Positions 48,173 to 60,629 of a stretch of DNA of 64,000 bases are shown one piece after another (position 1 is the stretch's first letter; every line of letters starts with the position of its first letter). The position numbers and the translations under genes were made by a program. This DNA is from Oculina patagonica (Eukaryota). The notes below the pieces were generated by a model, which had not been told where the DNA came from, searched no databases, and saw only the letters and a list, made by a program, of their open reading frames with translations. Location: positions 20,150,001 to 20,214,000 of the forward strand of contig NC_135769.1 of NCBI RefSeq assembly GCF_052425735.1, in the 5' to 3' direction.

Positions 48173-49274
48173 TAACTGCCTCGATCTTTTAACAAACCTA
48201 ATAATTACGCGAGTGGTTTTTATTAAGTCTTGGTATTGACAGCTTTTGACGTGCTGATAATCTAATTACTAGTCTTATTCTATTGTCTGTCAATATTGAA
48301 ATGCACAAACGCATTTTCCATCAATCTATTTTGTCAGTGAGAAGCAGATGGTCTCAATGGTAGTCTTATTTAATTTTCATTCAATTATATTTTACTCCAT
48401 TCACCAGATGTCTTTGAAAAGAGACATGCTTTGAAGAGAAGAGAAAAGAGACTGCTTTGAAAAGCAGTCTCGTCCTTTTCAACCGAGAAAGAGCAAAAAA
48501 TATTTCTAAGCAAATAACGAATTTCCTGCCGGAAGAAGGAGCCCTGGATTATTCCAGGGTTATAAATGGATTATATATTGGATTATAATTCAACAACGTG
48601 CAAACAAAAGCAAGGAAGTCGGTCTCTGTAAAGTATTTTGAACGACAACTTTAAGTGCTTTCTAAAGAAACTTGATTCGATCAATATCATGTTCGCTTTA
48701 CGTGAGGTTTCCCTGCACTTGCTATCGGCTTCATATTTAACTTCAGTTCTTCTTTATTCAGTATTCATTTATTTCATTTTTCCCGCTTTTAATCCTTGAG
48801 TTTTCGAGAAAACCCGAGAAACATAACACTAGAAATTTTCAGAAACGACGACAACGAGTAAATATTACAGAATAAACCTTGTTTGACAGACACTTGCAGG
48901 TTTACCGACATTATTAAACATATATAAAAACCTTTTTTTATAACTCCTCGATTGTTCAATAAACTTGAGAATGACAGAGCAGTTTTTATTTATAAAAGTT
49001 TTTGTTTTATTGACGTGCTCATAGTCAGGAAGTCTCGTCTCATTCAATTCGCTGACAAAGAGCGTGAATCATTTCTTGGCAAACTTCCAGAATACTGGAA
49101 TAATTTACTGATTTCGTACATACTAAGGATCGTCGCTTTAGTAAGTAAAAGAATCATTTTAGCCAAAGAGATGGGACCAGTACTCCCTGGCGCCTAGAAA
49201 CGAAACTAACTTAGCTTCGCACCTTAGTTTATAGGACAAATGCTTGCTGCCTTAAAGAAGCCTGCGTCCATATC

Positions 49275-50207
49275 ATGGATGAGTCATCTTGTGAATTGAT
49301 GCTGCAGTACTACCCCGAAATCTCCGATGTTGAAGACCTTCATTCATCTTTTATCGCTAATTGTGTCTTCAACAATTTTTTATCCTATACCACAATCATG
49401 TTGAACATTGTAACAATTCACACGATAAGAAAAACACCTTCGTTGCCAAAGACTTTAAAAACATTGCTCCTGAGTCTTGCTGTTTCTGATGTTGGCGTTG
49501 GTTTATTGGTTCAGCCATTTTACACCACACTTCTGGTCAAATGGTCACAACAAAGCATTCCTATCTGTAGCACCTATAAAGATTTCTTCGTCATTGCGCT
49601 ATTGTTTACTTTAGCTTCGTTCTTTGGCGTTGTGGCTGTAAGTGTAGACAGGTTCTTAGCTATTCATCTTCATCTCAGATATCAGGAACTTGTGACTCAC
49701 AAACGTGTTGTTGCTGTGGTGATCTCAATATGGGTGTTAAGTGCGCTATATTCTTCGATGCCGTTGTGGATACCTTCAAATATTCGCTCAGCATTGCTAT
49801 CCATTGGTACTGTTGTTGGTCTTCTTCTTACAACAGTGGCTTACATCAAAATTTATTTGGTCGTAAGACGGCACAGGAATCAGATTCAGACCCTGCAAGT
49901 ACAACAAGTAGCACAAAATGACGAAATGATAACTTTTGCTAGCATCGTTAAATCTGCAGTCTGTACGTTTTACGTATATCTCGTGTATTTGGTTTGTTAT
50001 TTGCCTACCTTTATTTATTGGGCGACCGTTGCGAACTACGACCCAAGTATCGCTTTGAAGCGATTTTTGCTTTTCTCGTTGACTCTTGTATATCTTAATT
50101 CATCTTTGAACCCTGTAATTTACTGTTGGAAGATGAGACACATTCGACACGCTATCATGGACATACTGCGAAACATGTCTTGGCTAAAAAACCGTACATC
50201 ACATTAA
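49275..50207 (+). CDS. G10: class A orphan GPCR (mosaic)
   Basis: 310 aa intact ORF with all family motifs. Confidence 0.92.
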   Translation: MDESSCELMLQYYPEISDVEDLHSSFIANCVFNNFLSYTTIMLNIVTIHTIRKTPSLPKTLKTLLLSLAVSDVGVGLLVQPFYTTLLVKWSQQSIPICSTYKDFFVIALLFTLASFFGVVAVSVDRFLAIHLHLRYQELVTHKRVVAVVISIWVLSALYSSMPLWIPSNIRSALLSIGTVVGLLLTTVAYIKIYLVVRRHRNQIQTLQVQQVAQNDEMITFASIVKSAVCTFYVYLVYLVCYLPTFIYWATVANYDPSIALKRFLLFSLTLVYLNSSLNPVIYCWKMRHIRHAIMDILRNMSWLKNRTSH

Positions 50208-50360
50208 TTGGACCGAAATTGGAAAGCCAGCCATTCTATGCCAGGATTCTGACCACAATTTCAGTGTTGTCATTGTTGATAAACGCCTTCTTTGTGCAAC
50301 ATGTCAAACGAAGATCGTGAGCAGTTTAAACTTGGGCAAACGACAGCGTTTTAAAACTAA

Positions 50361-51555
50361 TATTATTCATTCAAAATATTTCTCTGTTTCTGATTGGCTT
50401 TCAATCCCCGGTTAATTCCAGCTAACCGGCTAGCGCCGACCAAATTTGGAAGAAGGTCCAATTATACGACGATTGACGTCCAATATCAAAAATGAATGGA
50501 TCGCAACTTCGTTCCCAAGGATGATTAACCGATCGCAACCTCGCTCCCATGGATCGCTGACGTCACGCAACTGAACGGCTTTGCTGCCGAGCAGGTTAAA
50601 AGCGCGAAAATGGCCGCTAGGTTTGAGCATTACGAAGAGATAAAATATTTAAGTTATTAGAAGTCAAGGAAAGTCAAAACACGGAAAAAGCAACGAAGGG
50701 GAGTCGATCGATTTTGAAAGCGTATCTTCAAGAGGAAAAAATCCCTGATCCAGCCACAGCAGAGGACTTGGAGCGGTTTTACGAAAATTCTACGTCGAAG
50801 TAAGCAAGAGCGATGGAAACCTGTACTCGAAAACATCGCTTTGAGTCATCAGATTTAGCTTCAATAGACACTTCAAGGAAGTGCTAAATATCGACATTAT
50901 AAAGGACAAGAAATTTAATGAAGTCTCGGGGGGGGGGGTACTCAAAAAGTTTTATACGGGGAGGCTCCGCCCCAAGTTCTAACCCCTTACCCTTTTATAT
51001 ACCATTTTTGACAGAAATTGTACCCCTTTCGTATACCTTTAACTGAAAAAAGGTACCCCTTTCATATACCTAAGAGACATGGCTGGACTTAAAATAGGAC
51101 GTTTTCTTGTCATTTTTATGTAGTGCTTAATGAATTAAAATAATACAGCCATAAATTGCGTCTGTTCGAAATATTTTAATTAAAGGCCCTTTTAAATAGC
51201 CATATGACAGATTTCCATACCCTTTCATATACTTAAACTCGTGAAATCCCTACCCTTTTATATACCTGAAGCCTGAAAAAGGTACCCCTTTCGGGCGGAG
51301 CCTCCCCGTATAGGCCATTATAGGGAGTACTCCCCCTCCCCCCCCCCCGGGAATGAAGGTAACTGAGTTTTTGAAGTTTAATCAAATTTAAAAGCGAACG
51401 TTGTTGTGTATCTGTGTACTTTACCTACTGTCAAAACCCTATTAAATTCATTTTGTGCATTTGGAGCTCTGGAAATATTTTGAATGAATAATAAAACAAT
51501 TATTGAATTCGGCTTTCATATCTTCATATCATACCCTGCCTTATCCAATAATTGT
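50361..51555 (+). mobile_element. Crypton-like element, paralog of 10634-11388, with a nested MITE
   Basis: Near-identical to 10634-11388 at the same insertion site. Confidence 0.65.
50925..51351. mobile_element. CCCGGG-terminated MITE, second independent insertion
   Basis: Homologous to 14293-14711; TSD AATGAAG(T/G); empty site at about 11185. Confidence 0.85.
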
Positions 51556-52564
51556 TAATTAATGCAAGAACGCAGACATACGACTGACATAATAGTCTTG
51601 AAAAGAAATTTTTATTGCTTAGTTATGTCTGATACATTGAGCTCAGAGTGACATTTTTGTGATTCTGAAAAACATAAAAAAAAAACAAAGAAATTGGTCA
51701 AATAGGACAATAAAATATATTTATCACATATACTTAAAATGAAAGAAAATATGAAGCCAATTGTTGTTCGCCTTTGTGAGTTAAAATTTGTTTTACTTGC
51801 AGTGTTTTGTTTTAATGATAAGAAAAATAAACGTTAAGAGCGCACGGGTTGGATTTGTTGTTCATTGTTTTAGCCATGACAGGCACCTGCGGGTTCGTAA
51901 TGAAAGAATTGCACAGTTAGTTTTTTGCGGATTAAAAACAGAGAAAAAATGAATGCAATAGTTGTGTACTGTCTGTTGTACCTTGTAGTGAAAATAATTA
52001 CTATGTTCTCTCTAAGGTACAACAGCTAGCACGCAATTTTCCTATGACTGTGATAAATTTTTGGAAATTATTACATGCACCCGCTTCACCGATACTCGCT
52101 CTTTTCTTGCCATTTTTTTTTTTTGGGGGGGGGGTCCATAGTCCGTTTCCTTTCCAGTCCATTTTCAATAGAGCCCTTCCTTACGTTTGCTAAGCCTTGT
52201 GATTGGTTAATAAAACTCGTGCAAGCTGCTCTTGCCAATCAGAGGCAGGGTATTGTCTTCTCAGCCAATCAAGTGCGAAGCGAAACCAGTTGTAAGTTAG
52301 CTCACGTGAAACTTCCCGCGCTTCCCATGGCTTGGACAACGTGCTTTAACCAATCAGAGCGAAGCGTTATCTACAACGTCAATCAACTGCAAACCAGAAG
52401 TAGTTTTGTTTGGCTTTAGGGGAAGTTTGTTTAGTTCTGATTCATTTATTACATTTTGTCTCAGTCTAATGCTGGAGAATAACCGAGGAACACGGCATTA
52501 AGAACAGAAGGGAGGAAACGAAAGAGAAACGCTGTTTGATAGCAGTTTTCAGGTTACCCCATCA

Positions 52565-54439
52565 ATCCTTTAAACGCCCAGTGGCGCATAGGGCATCAAC
52601 AAGTCGCCTCCATTCTTGTCGGTCCTTTGCACTGAGCCGCGAAGCTTGCCCCCAGGTCAGATTTAGGGCCTGAAGTTCTGCTTCTGCAGTTCTTCTCCAG
52701 GTGGATTTTGGACGGCCTCTTTTTCTTTTACCCTCTGGTGTCCATCTGAGAGCAACTTTAGAAATGCTGGTAGATTCTCTACGGAGCACATGACCAACCC
52801 AACTCCATCGTTTCCGTGTGAGAACAATAGTCATGTCCTCCTGTTCTGTCAATTTAAAGAGCTCGTTGTTGGAGAAGATATGCAAGATTTTTCGGAGACA
52901 AGATGTGTGAAAGCTTTGCAGCTTTTTCAAGTCGTGCACAGTCATTCTCCAACATTCAGATCCGTAGAGTAGTACAGAGAGTCCACAAGCTTGGTAGATC
53001 TTAATCTTCGTTCTTCTGCTGTAGTTTTTGCTCCTCCACACGGGTCGCAATTTTGCAAAGGTCCCTCTTGCTTTACCAATCCTCTGTCGGATGTCGTTGT
53101 CAACCCCCCCCCCCCCCCCCCGCCCCCATCACTGCAGACTGTACTACCCACATAGGTGAATTGTTGGGTCGCTTCAAGGTCTAGTTGTCCCACTTTGATG
53201 GACAATGGTGCTGAGATGTTGACAGGCTATACTTTTGTCTTCTGAGGGCTGATCTTAAGCCCTACCTGCCGAGAGAATCTGTTAAGCCGCTCAGTTTTCT
53301 CCTGCATGTCACTGAATGAATGGGACAGCAAAGCAATGTCATCGGCATAATCCAGGTCCTCCAGGACAGTTGATAGCGTCCAGCGTATTCCTCTCCTTCT
53401 GTCTTCCAGTAGCTCGAGACAGCACCCAATCGATGACAATGTTAAACAGTAGCGCTGACATAACGCATCCCTGTCGAACATCCGATTTGACATGGAAGCT
53501 CAGGTCAGAGCCTCCAACCGAGCAACAAAAGTCAGTGTAGAATTGCTTTATCACTCGGACAATGTGTGCAGGCATGCCATACGCCCTGAGGATACTCCAT
53601 AAACTCTCCCTGTGCACGCTATCGAAGGCCTTCTGAAAATCGATAAAATTGATGTACAGTCCCCTCTGCCATTTATGACACTGTTCAATGATGTTTCTCA
53701 AGAAGAAGATTTGTTCTGCGCAGCCTCGGCCTTTTCTAAAACCGGCTTGTTCCTGTCGCAGCACTTCATTGACCGCCAAAGAAAGACGATTCGCAATAAC
53801 CTTACAAAAGATCTTACTTGGTAAGGATAAAATAGTGATATCCCGCCAATTATTACAGTCAGACAGTGTGCCTTTCTTAGGAATTGGTATGATGACTCCT
53901 TTGCTCCAGTCACTTGGTATCCCCTCACCATTCCACACCTTAGCAAAGAGTGGGAGTAATATCTCTGCTGCAAGCTCTGGATGTCATTTAAAGAGCTCAG
54001 CATTAAGCTGGTCCTGCCCAGGTGCTTTACCATTCTTGAGATCTTTAATGGCTTCCACAATCTCTTCTTTAGTGGGTGGTTCAATGCTGATGTCAAGGTC
54101 TTCCTCAGCATCCTGAGCAGCAGCTGGCTTCTCTGGGACCTCCTTGTTAAGTACTTCCTGAAAGTGTTCTGCCCATCGCTCCTCCTGTTCCTTCTCAGTT
54201 GTTAGTAATACCCCTTGCTTGCTGCAGATAGGTGCTTTCCCTCTCCGTTGACCTCCACATATTTGCTTGGTGATTCTGTAAACTGTGACTTGCTCCTGTT
54301 TCTGGACAGCAGCCTTTGCTTCTGTTGCGAGGTCCTCAACAAATCTTCTTTTGTCTGCTCTAGCTGATCGCTTCACTTTGGCATTGAGTTTACTGTACTG
54401 AGCTTGTAATTTCTCTTTTAGGCGAGTAGACCTGGCCCC
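52565..54439 (-). mobile_element. RTE-clade LINE, 5'-truncated, 15-bp TSD
   Basis: PPTKEEI, KAPGQD, NWRDITIL, QEQAGFR, FIDFQKAFDS, RQGCVMS, LDYADD and WTPEGKRKRGRP; TSD CAGGTTACCCCATCA at 52550-52564 and 54440-54454; empty site near 13766. Confidence 0.93.
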
Positions 54440-55756
54440 CAGGTTACCCCATCAGCATATATAAAAAACGATTTTTGGTTGGTAAACAAACCTGAGAATG
54501 ACACGAGCGGTTTTATTAATTATTGTTTTGTCATTAATTGACATACTAATGGTGATGTTGTAATTTTTTTTTCTATCCTATTTCAATTTTATTCCATTCT
54601 GTTGTGCCTAAGAAAAGACCTAAGCAGCCTTGTCTTTTCTTTAATAAGCAGTGCAAATTATTTCTCGGCACTGAAACACCCGAAAGCTAAGTAACTTTAA
54701 CAATGCACTACTGCTCAAAACAAACACTCCTAACAACACTTACCGATAGAGCGCTGTCGGACCTGTCGGTGTTTTGAGTAGCATCATGCAGGTGTATTAT
54801 TGATCGGCATACTAAGCGACTTTTAAAGACATTTCTGTTTTGTTTTGAGTCTTTCAAAATAGTGAATGAGCGACTACTCCGTATATTTTTGTTCAAGAAT
54901 TAAGCTAACGAACTTCATTCAGCGGTATATTCTCACCGATATCTCTTTTACTACGTCTGAAATGTGTAATTTCAAAACAGTTTGTTAGTGCGTTTTTTTA
55001 ATACTGGCTTGTTTAATAACCCTGACACTCACGCCGGTGACATTTACTTCTCAATATTAATCTAATCAGTTATGTGAATCCAGTATAAGACCTAAGCGCT
55101 GTCGTCTTTTTCAACAACAAGCAAAACGTTTTCACAGCAAACACCCAGTAAAAAGAGTGACTACTGGGATGTTGATGCCTTCACCTTAGAAGACAGGAAA
55201 ATTTTTATGCAAGAGGCACCTGTTGCAGCCCTAAAAAAAGCGGCAAAATTTCTTCGGCAAGACAAACGCTGAGTGCACTAAAGAAGAATCACGCGAGCAG
55301 TTTTTATTATGACTTGTTATTGACAGTTTTTGACGTGCTGATGGACTAATTACTAGTCTTATTCTATTTCCATTCTCTTATGTCTTTGAAAAGACCTAAG
55401 CAGTTTTGCCTTTTTTAATAAACGCTACGTAAGATTTCCTAGCAAACACCCTTAATTTACTTAGACATTACATGACAGCCGGCAAAGCTCCCAGCCACAC
55501 TTAGCAGTGGATCTTGCTACACGGCATATGAAACTGACTCGTAGCTGTTTGCAGGTGCCACATCGATTAACATATTAAGCGACATTTAAAAAAAAGTTGT
55601 TTGTTTTGGCTCATTGACAAAATAAAATGAACATCCATGAATTTTTCATAAACACTTTCTTACTTATAGCATTTAGCTAAGCATCTTCAATCGGAAGTAT
55701 TTTATAACGCATATCTCATTATTAACAATGTCTGAAATGTCAAAAATCACCGCTAA

Positions 55757-55956
55757 AGCCTGGTTTTTACTGCAACGCAAGCACAAGCGCAATCGCGCGA
55801 AAAAAAAAGACCCTTGTGCTTGTGCTTGCCGCAAATACAAACACAAGCATCAAAATGCAATGCCCTTGTGCTTTTGCTTGCGTCGTAGCTGTTTTCACGG
55901 TGGAATAAGAGCTGTTATCCTTGCACTTGTGCTTGCGTCGCTGCGAAAACCAGGCT
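55757..55956. mobile_element. PIF/Harbinger-type MITE, TAA TSD
   Basis: TAA-AGCCTGGTTTT ... AAAACCAGGCT-TAA; relative of 38979-39643. Confidence 0.8.
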
Positions 55957-56299
55957 TAAATGTTCTTAACAGCTCTTAAGGTTATTACAAACATTTGCTT
56001 GTTTGACGAACCTGACACTCACACCAGTGACATTTACTTCTTGGTTTCATTGAAATTATATATAAGCCAGAAAGTTCAAGACCCGCGTATAAATTTAAAT
56101 TATATATTTCCTGTTGACAAAAAAATCTGAAAGAGCGAGTTTTGGAATATATTTCTACCTTCGTTTCCTGAGAATCATCACTTTTACATTTTAAGGAACC
56201 ATTTATGGCCAAAGTGTTCTAGTTTGTTTGCCTGTGGCGCTTAGAACGGAAACTATGTTTGTGTGATACGCTTGGTGTGTTAAGGAACCTGAAACCAAT

Positions 56300-57235
56300 A
56301 TGACGAAGAAATCATTTTGTGAACTGTTGCTGCAGTACTACCCCAGAATATCAGAATTTGAAGACCTCAAATCGACGTATATTGCTAATTGTGTCTTCAA
56401 CAGTTTTCTATGCTATACCGCCATCATGTTGAACATTGTAACAATCCACGCGATAAAAAAAACTTCGTCGTTGTCAAAGAGTTTAAAAACATTGCTACTG
56501 AGTCTTGCTGTTTCTGATGTTGGTGTTGGTTTATTGACTCAACCATTTTACACCTCACTTCTGGTCATGTGGTTACAACAAAACGATCCTGGCTGTAGCA
56601 CGTATAAGGTTTTTAGTGTCATTGCAAATTGTTTGTCCGCAGCTTCGTTCTTTGGTGTTGTGGCTGTAAGTGTAGACAGGTTCTTAGCTATTCATCTTCA
56701 TCTCAGATATCAGGAACTTGTGACTCACAAGCGTGTTGTTGCTGTAGTGATCTCAATATGGGTGTTTAGTGCATTTCTTTCTTTGTTAATGGTGTGGGTT
56801 TCGTTCGATGTTAAGGGTCTTATTGTATTTATTATTGTATTTGTTTTTGTTGTTGTTACAACACTGGTTTACATCAGGATTTATTTGGCCGTCCGACGCC
56901 ACAAGAATCAGATTCAGGCCCTGCAAGTACAACAAGTAGCACCGACTGACGAAATGGCAAATTTTTCGAGCCTAATTAAATTTGCAGTCGGTATATTCTA
57001 CGTATATCTCGTATTTTTAGCTTGTTATTTGCCATACTTTATCAGCTTGGCCTCCCTTAAAATACTAGGCCCGAGTATCGCTTTGAAGAGATTTTTTATT
57101 TTCTCTTTTACGCCTGTATTTCTTAATTCATCTTTGAACCCTGTAATTTACTGTTGGAAGATGAGACACATTCGACACGCTATCATGGACATACTGCGGA
57201 ACATGTCTTGGTTCAGAAATCGCGCATCACACTAA
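56300..57235 (+). CDS. G11: class A orphan GPCR (mosaic)
   Basis: 311 aa intact ORF with all family motifs. Confidence 0.92.
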   Translation: MTKKSFCELLLQYYPRISEFEDLKSTYIANCVFNSFLCYTAIMLNIVTIHAIKKTSSLSKSLKTLLLSLAVSDVGVGLLTQPFYTSLLVMWLQQNDPGCSTYKVFSVIANCLSAASFFGVVAVSVDRFLAIHLHLRYQELVTHKRVVAVVISIWVFSAFLSLLMVWVSFDVKGLIVFIIVFVFVVVTTLVYIRIYLAVRRHKNQIQALQVQQVAPTDEMANFSSLIKFAVGIFYVYLVFLACYLPYFISLASLKILGPSIALKRFFIFSFTPVFLNSSLNPVIYCWKMRHIRHAIMDILRNMSWFRNRASH

Positions 57236-57904
57236 TCGCAGGACCGGCCATACTATGCCATGATTCCTCACATTCGAAGATGCTTTTGCTTATAAACGAT
57301 TTTTTTATGTAACAAGGATCGGGAGTAGTCTGAGCTCGGACAGCAGCATGTCAAATAAGAGCGTTCTAAAACTAAGTAATATAATACTGAAAAATATATA
57401 TACTAGGAAGGGATTTATGTAGCTTAGCTTGATTTCTAAAACATTGAGTCCAGTAACATTTTTGTGATTCCGAAGAAAATTAAAAATAAATAACAGCATT
57501 AGGAATTAAGTTACCCCATATATACACAATCCGCACACCAATTTCGATCCCTTTATTACAACGCTCGAGATAACCCGAGGCCGGTAACATGGCACAACCC
57601 TGGAAAACAGCAAAAACTGAGGAGGAACTACCCCGGGAAAGCTTCTTTGACAGATGTTTTCAGGCTTTGCCTTCGATAAACCTTTTAAAACGCTTTTTAA
57701 ATAAAGGTTTCCGGTTTTTTCATTTGTCATTGTAAAAATGAAAATTGTCATGAAATGTTTTCATATCTGACGTTTTTATATCCGAACCCATTAGCTTCAA
57801 TGGCGTCCGTCGTCTCCATCATCTTTTCATCATTTATCCATTTTCATGGTGGCTTTGTTAAAGTTTTGTTTTATTTGTCTTTAATTTAATCCTGTCAGTT
57901 ATAT

Positions 57905-58739
57905 TTGTGAACTGTTGCCGCAGTTCTACCCTCAGAATATCAGAATATTAAGATCTCCACTTGACGTTTATTGTAAATTGTGTATTTAAAAATTGTCTAT
58001 GCTTTACCGCTATCGTGTTGAACATTGTTACAATCCACTGCTCCTGAGTCTTGCTGTTTCTGATGTTGGTGTATTTTTATTGCATGGTCCAACCATTTTA
58101 CATCTCACTTCTGGTTAAGTGGTCACAACAAAGCATTCCCAGCTGTAGCACATATAAGGTTTTTCTTAATTTTTCGGTTTTGCTTGCAACTGCTTAGATC
58201 TCTGGTTTTGTGGCTGTAAGTGTAGACAGGTTCTTAGCTATTTATCTTCATCTCAGATATCAGAAACTTGTGACTCACAAGCGTGTTGTTGCTGTAGTGA
58301 TCTCAATATGGGTGTGGATTTTCTTCTTTAATACCGTTGTGGGCTCCGCCCAATGTTCGCACCATATTTCTATACATCATTATAGCCGTTCGACAGCACA
58401 AAAATCAGATTCAGGCCCTGCAAGTACATCAAGTAGCACAGACTGACGAAATGTCAAATTTTGCGAGCCTCGTTAAATTTGCAGTCGGTATATCATACGT
58501 TTATCTCGTGTTTTTGCTTCCATATTATCCTTAAGTGACCTGTTTGGTCGCCATTTAAAAATTCAATGGCCCAAATATCGCTTTGAAGAGATTTTATTTT
58601 TTCTCAACTACGCTTCTTTGTCTTAATTCATCTTTGAACCTTATAATTTACTGTTGGAAGATGAGACACATTCGACACGCTATCATGGACATACTGCGGA
58701 ATATGTCTTGGATCACTGAGAAATCGCGCATCAAACTAA
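57905..58739 (+). pseudogene. G12: heavily decayed GPCR pseudogene
   Basis: No ATG; multiple indels and stops; retains LSLAVSD, SVDRFLAIYLHLRYQKLVTHKR and YCWKMRHIRHAIMD. Confidence 0.88.
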
Positions 58740-59981
58740 CGGCAGGGCAAGCCATGCTCTGCCAGAATTCTCCATATTTAGTGTTACTGTTGCTGATAGA
58801 CAGCTTCTGTATATTACAAAGACTACAAGCAGTCGGTACTCGGGCTGCATGAGGTCTAAGGAAAGCGTATTTTAATCTGAGTTATATATGGCCGACGAAA
58901 TAATACTCTGAAGACATTCATATTGCTTATAAACTGACTTCGAAGGTAGTTTCATGATGAAAATAAGTAATTTGGGTTACTGGGACAGGGAATCACAAAC
59001 AAAACAATGGGAATGAGACTGGGATTTTGGCAAATCTAGGGCTGAAAAATGAGATTTACACCCATCTCCCCCCCCCCCCCCCTTTCGGGCCCTCTAGACT
59101 ATGTTTAAAAACATAAGCAAAATGAAACACAATAAAAATCAAATCAAATAAAGACTTTAATAAAGCCACTATCTCGCTGCAATAAATGACAAAACCAAGT
59201 CTTAATGAAAATTGTTCAGGTTAATTAGACAAAAAATCTAAACATCTGTAAGTGTTGGCACATTTGATATTCGGTACGGTATTATACGGAACCTCAAACG
59301 AATGAAGATCAGTTAATTGATTGAGGCAACAATTTTAGGCAATTTGTTTTTGCAAATAAAACGTTGACCCAGGAAGTATTTCATGACAATTCCCTTCCTG
59401 ACAACAAACCCGGAACCATTTAATTAAAAAAAGCTTTTTTAAAGGTTAATCAATTATAATTGATGACAAAGTCTGAAAACATCTGTCAAAGAATGTTTTC
59501 CCAAATTAGTTCCTCTTCATTTTTTTTGTTTCAGAAAGTTATAAAAGCTACGCTTCCGGCCTCTGGTATTCTCGAGCAATATTTCGCCGGGGAAAGGGCT
59601 TGGTAAATTTTGCGTAAGCAAACGAAAGGGGAAAATACTGCTTTTTGTATAATCCCTTTGGACTTTGGAGAGAACTGTCCTAATTAATCGTCTTTTACGC
59701 TGTCATGACTAAACAGTGAACAACAAATCTAACTCGTTTACGTTCTGCGCTTTCGTCTTCCACTTTATTTATAATCATACAAAAAACACTCACTGTGAAT
59801 AAAATTGTTTTTTATTTGAAAAAGCGAACCAAATTTTCTCATTCTTTTTCATTTTGAGTTATGGCGTAAATACCATTTTCCAAGTGAAAAAAATAGGCAA
59901 ATCTCAGATCCCATGTTACCCTTTCAGGCCCCTCTAGCTAAGTGGCTTTTTGAAAAAGGCCTATTTGGGTTTTTTAATGAT

Positions 59982-60090
59982 AATTAACAATTATTCACCG
60001 AAGTGGAGGTGAATAGTACTATGCTAATAACCTTTGAGTTAACCAATCAGCGTGCGCGAAAAGCACTATTTACTTGTGTGGTATATATTA
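59982..60090. mobile_element. Small internally deleted hairpin-type repeat
   Basis: ATTATTCACCGAAGTGGAGGTGAATAGT hairpin plus AACCAATCAG..GTATATATTA end, resembling the ends of the Crypton-like elements. Confidence 0.4.
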
Positions 60091-60629
60091 AGATCGGATA
60101 GTTTCTTTGCCTAGGGTTTTCTTTTGATACAAAGGAGTAAAATGCAATTATTTCACTCCAGGGTGCAACGCCCAGGAAGCAATATTCATATGAGTGCGAA
60201 AAACCAAAATGGAGAACGGATTTCACAGCCCAGTCTAAATGTTTATATGTATTGCTGTGTAGGCCTAATGTACAAATTGCTGTGTAGATATTGCCTCTTT
60301 CTCGCGGTCATTTTGCGTCCTTAGAACGTGACCTCTCAACTTCCCCAGTCCAACTTAGAGAACTTTCTTACATTCAAGGAGCCTAGTGATTGGCTAACAA
60401 ACCTCTTGTAACTCGCCCCATAGCAATCACAGCCAACGCGTTATCTTCTCGGTTAGTCAAGTGAGAACAGAACCAGTTAGTCGTGAGTTCGTTTAAGCTA
60501 CATATCATTTTTACTTCTGAGCAGCCCTAATTTGTTTTTTACATTTTTCCAAACCGGAAACAAACAAAAAGGGGAACTAGAAACTTGTTTGACAGAAGTT
60601 TGCAGGTTTTCCATCGATTAAAATATATA

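Noticed and set aside
6599-57235. Naming the GPCRs as trace-amine, adenosine, melanocortin or histamine receptors
   Set aside because: There is no aminergic Asp at 3.32 and no orthology evidence. Such labels would reflect only generic class A similarity, so no gene symbols are given.
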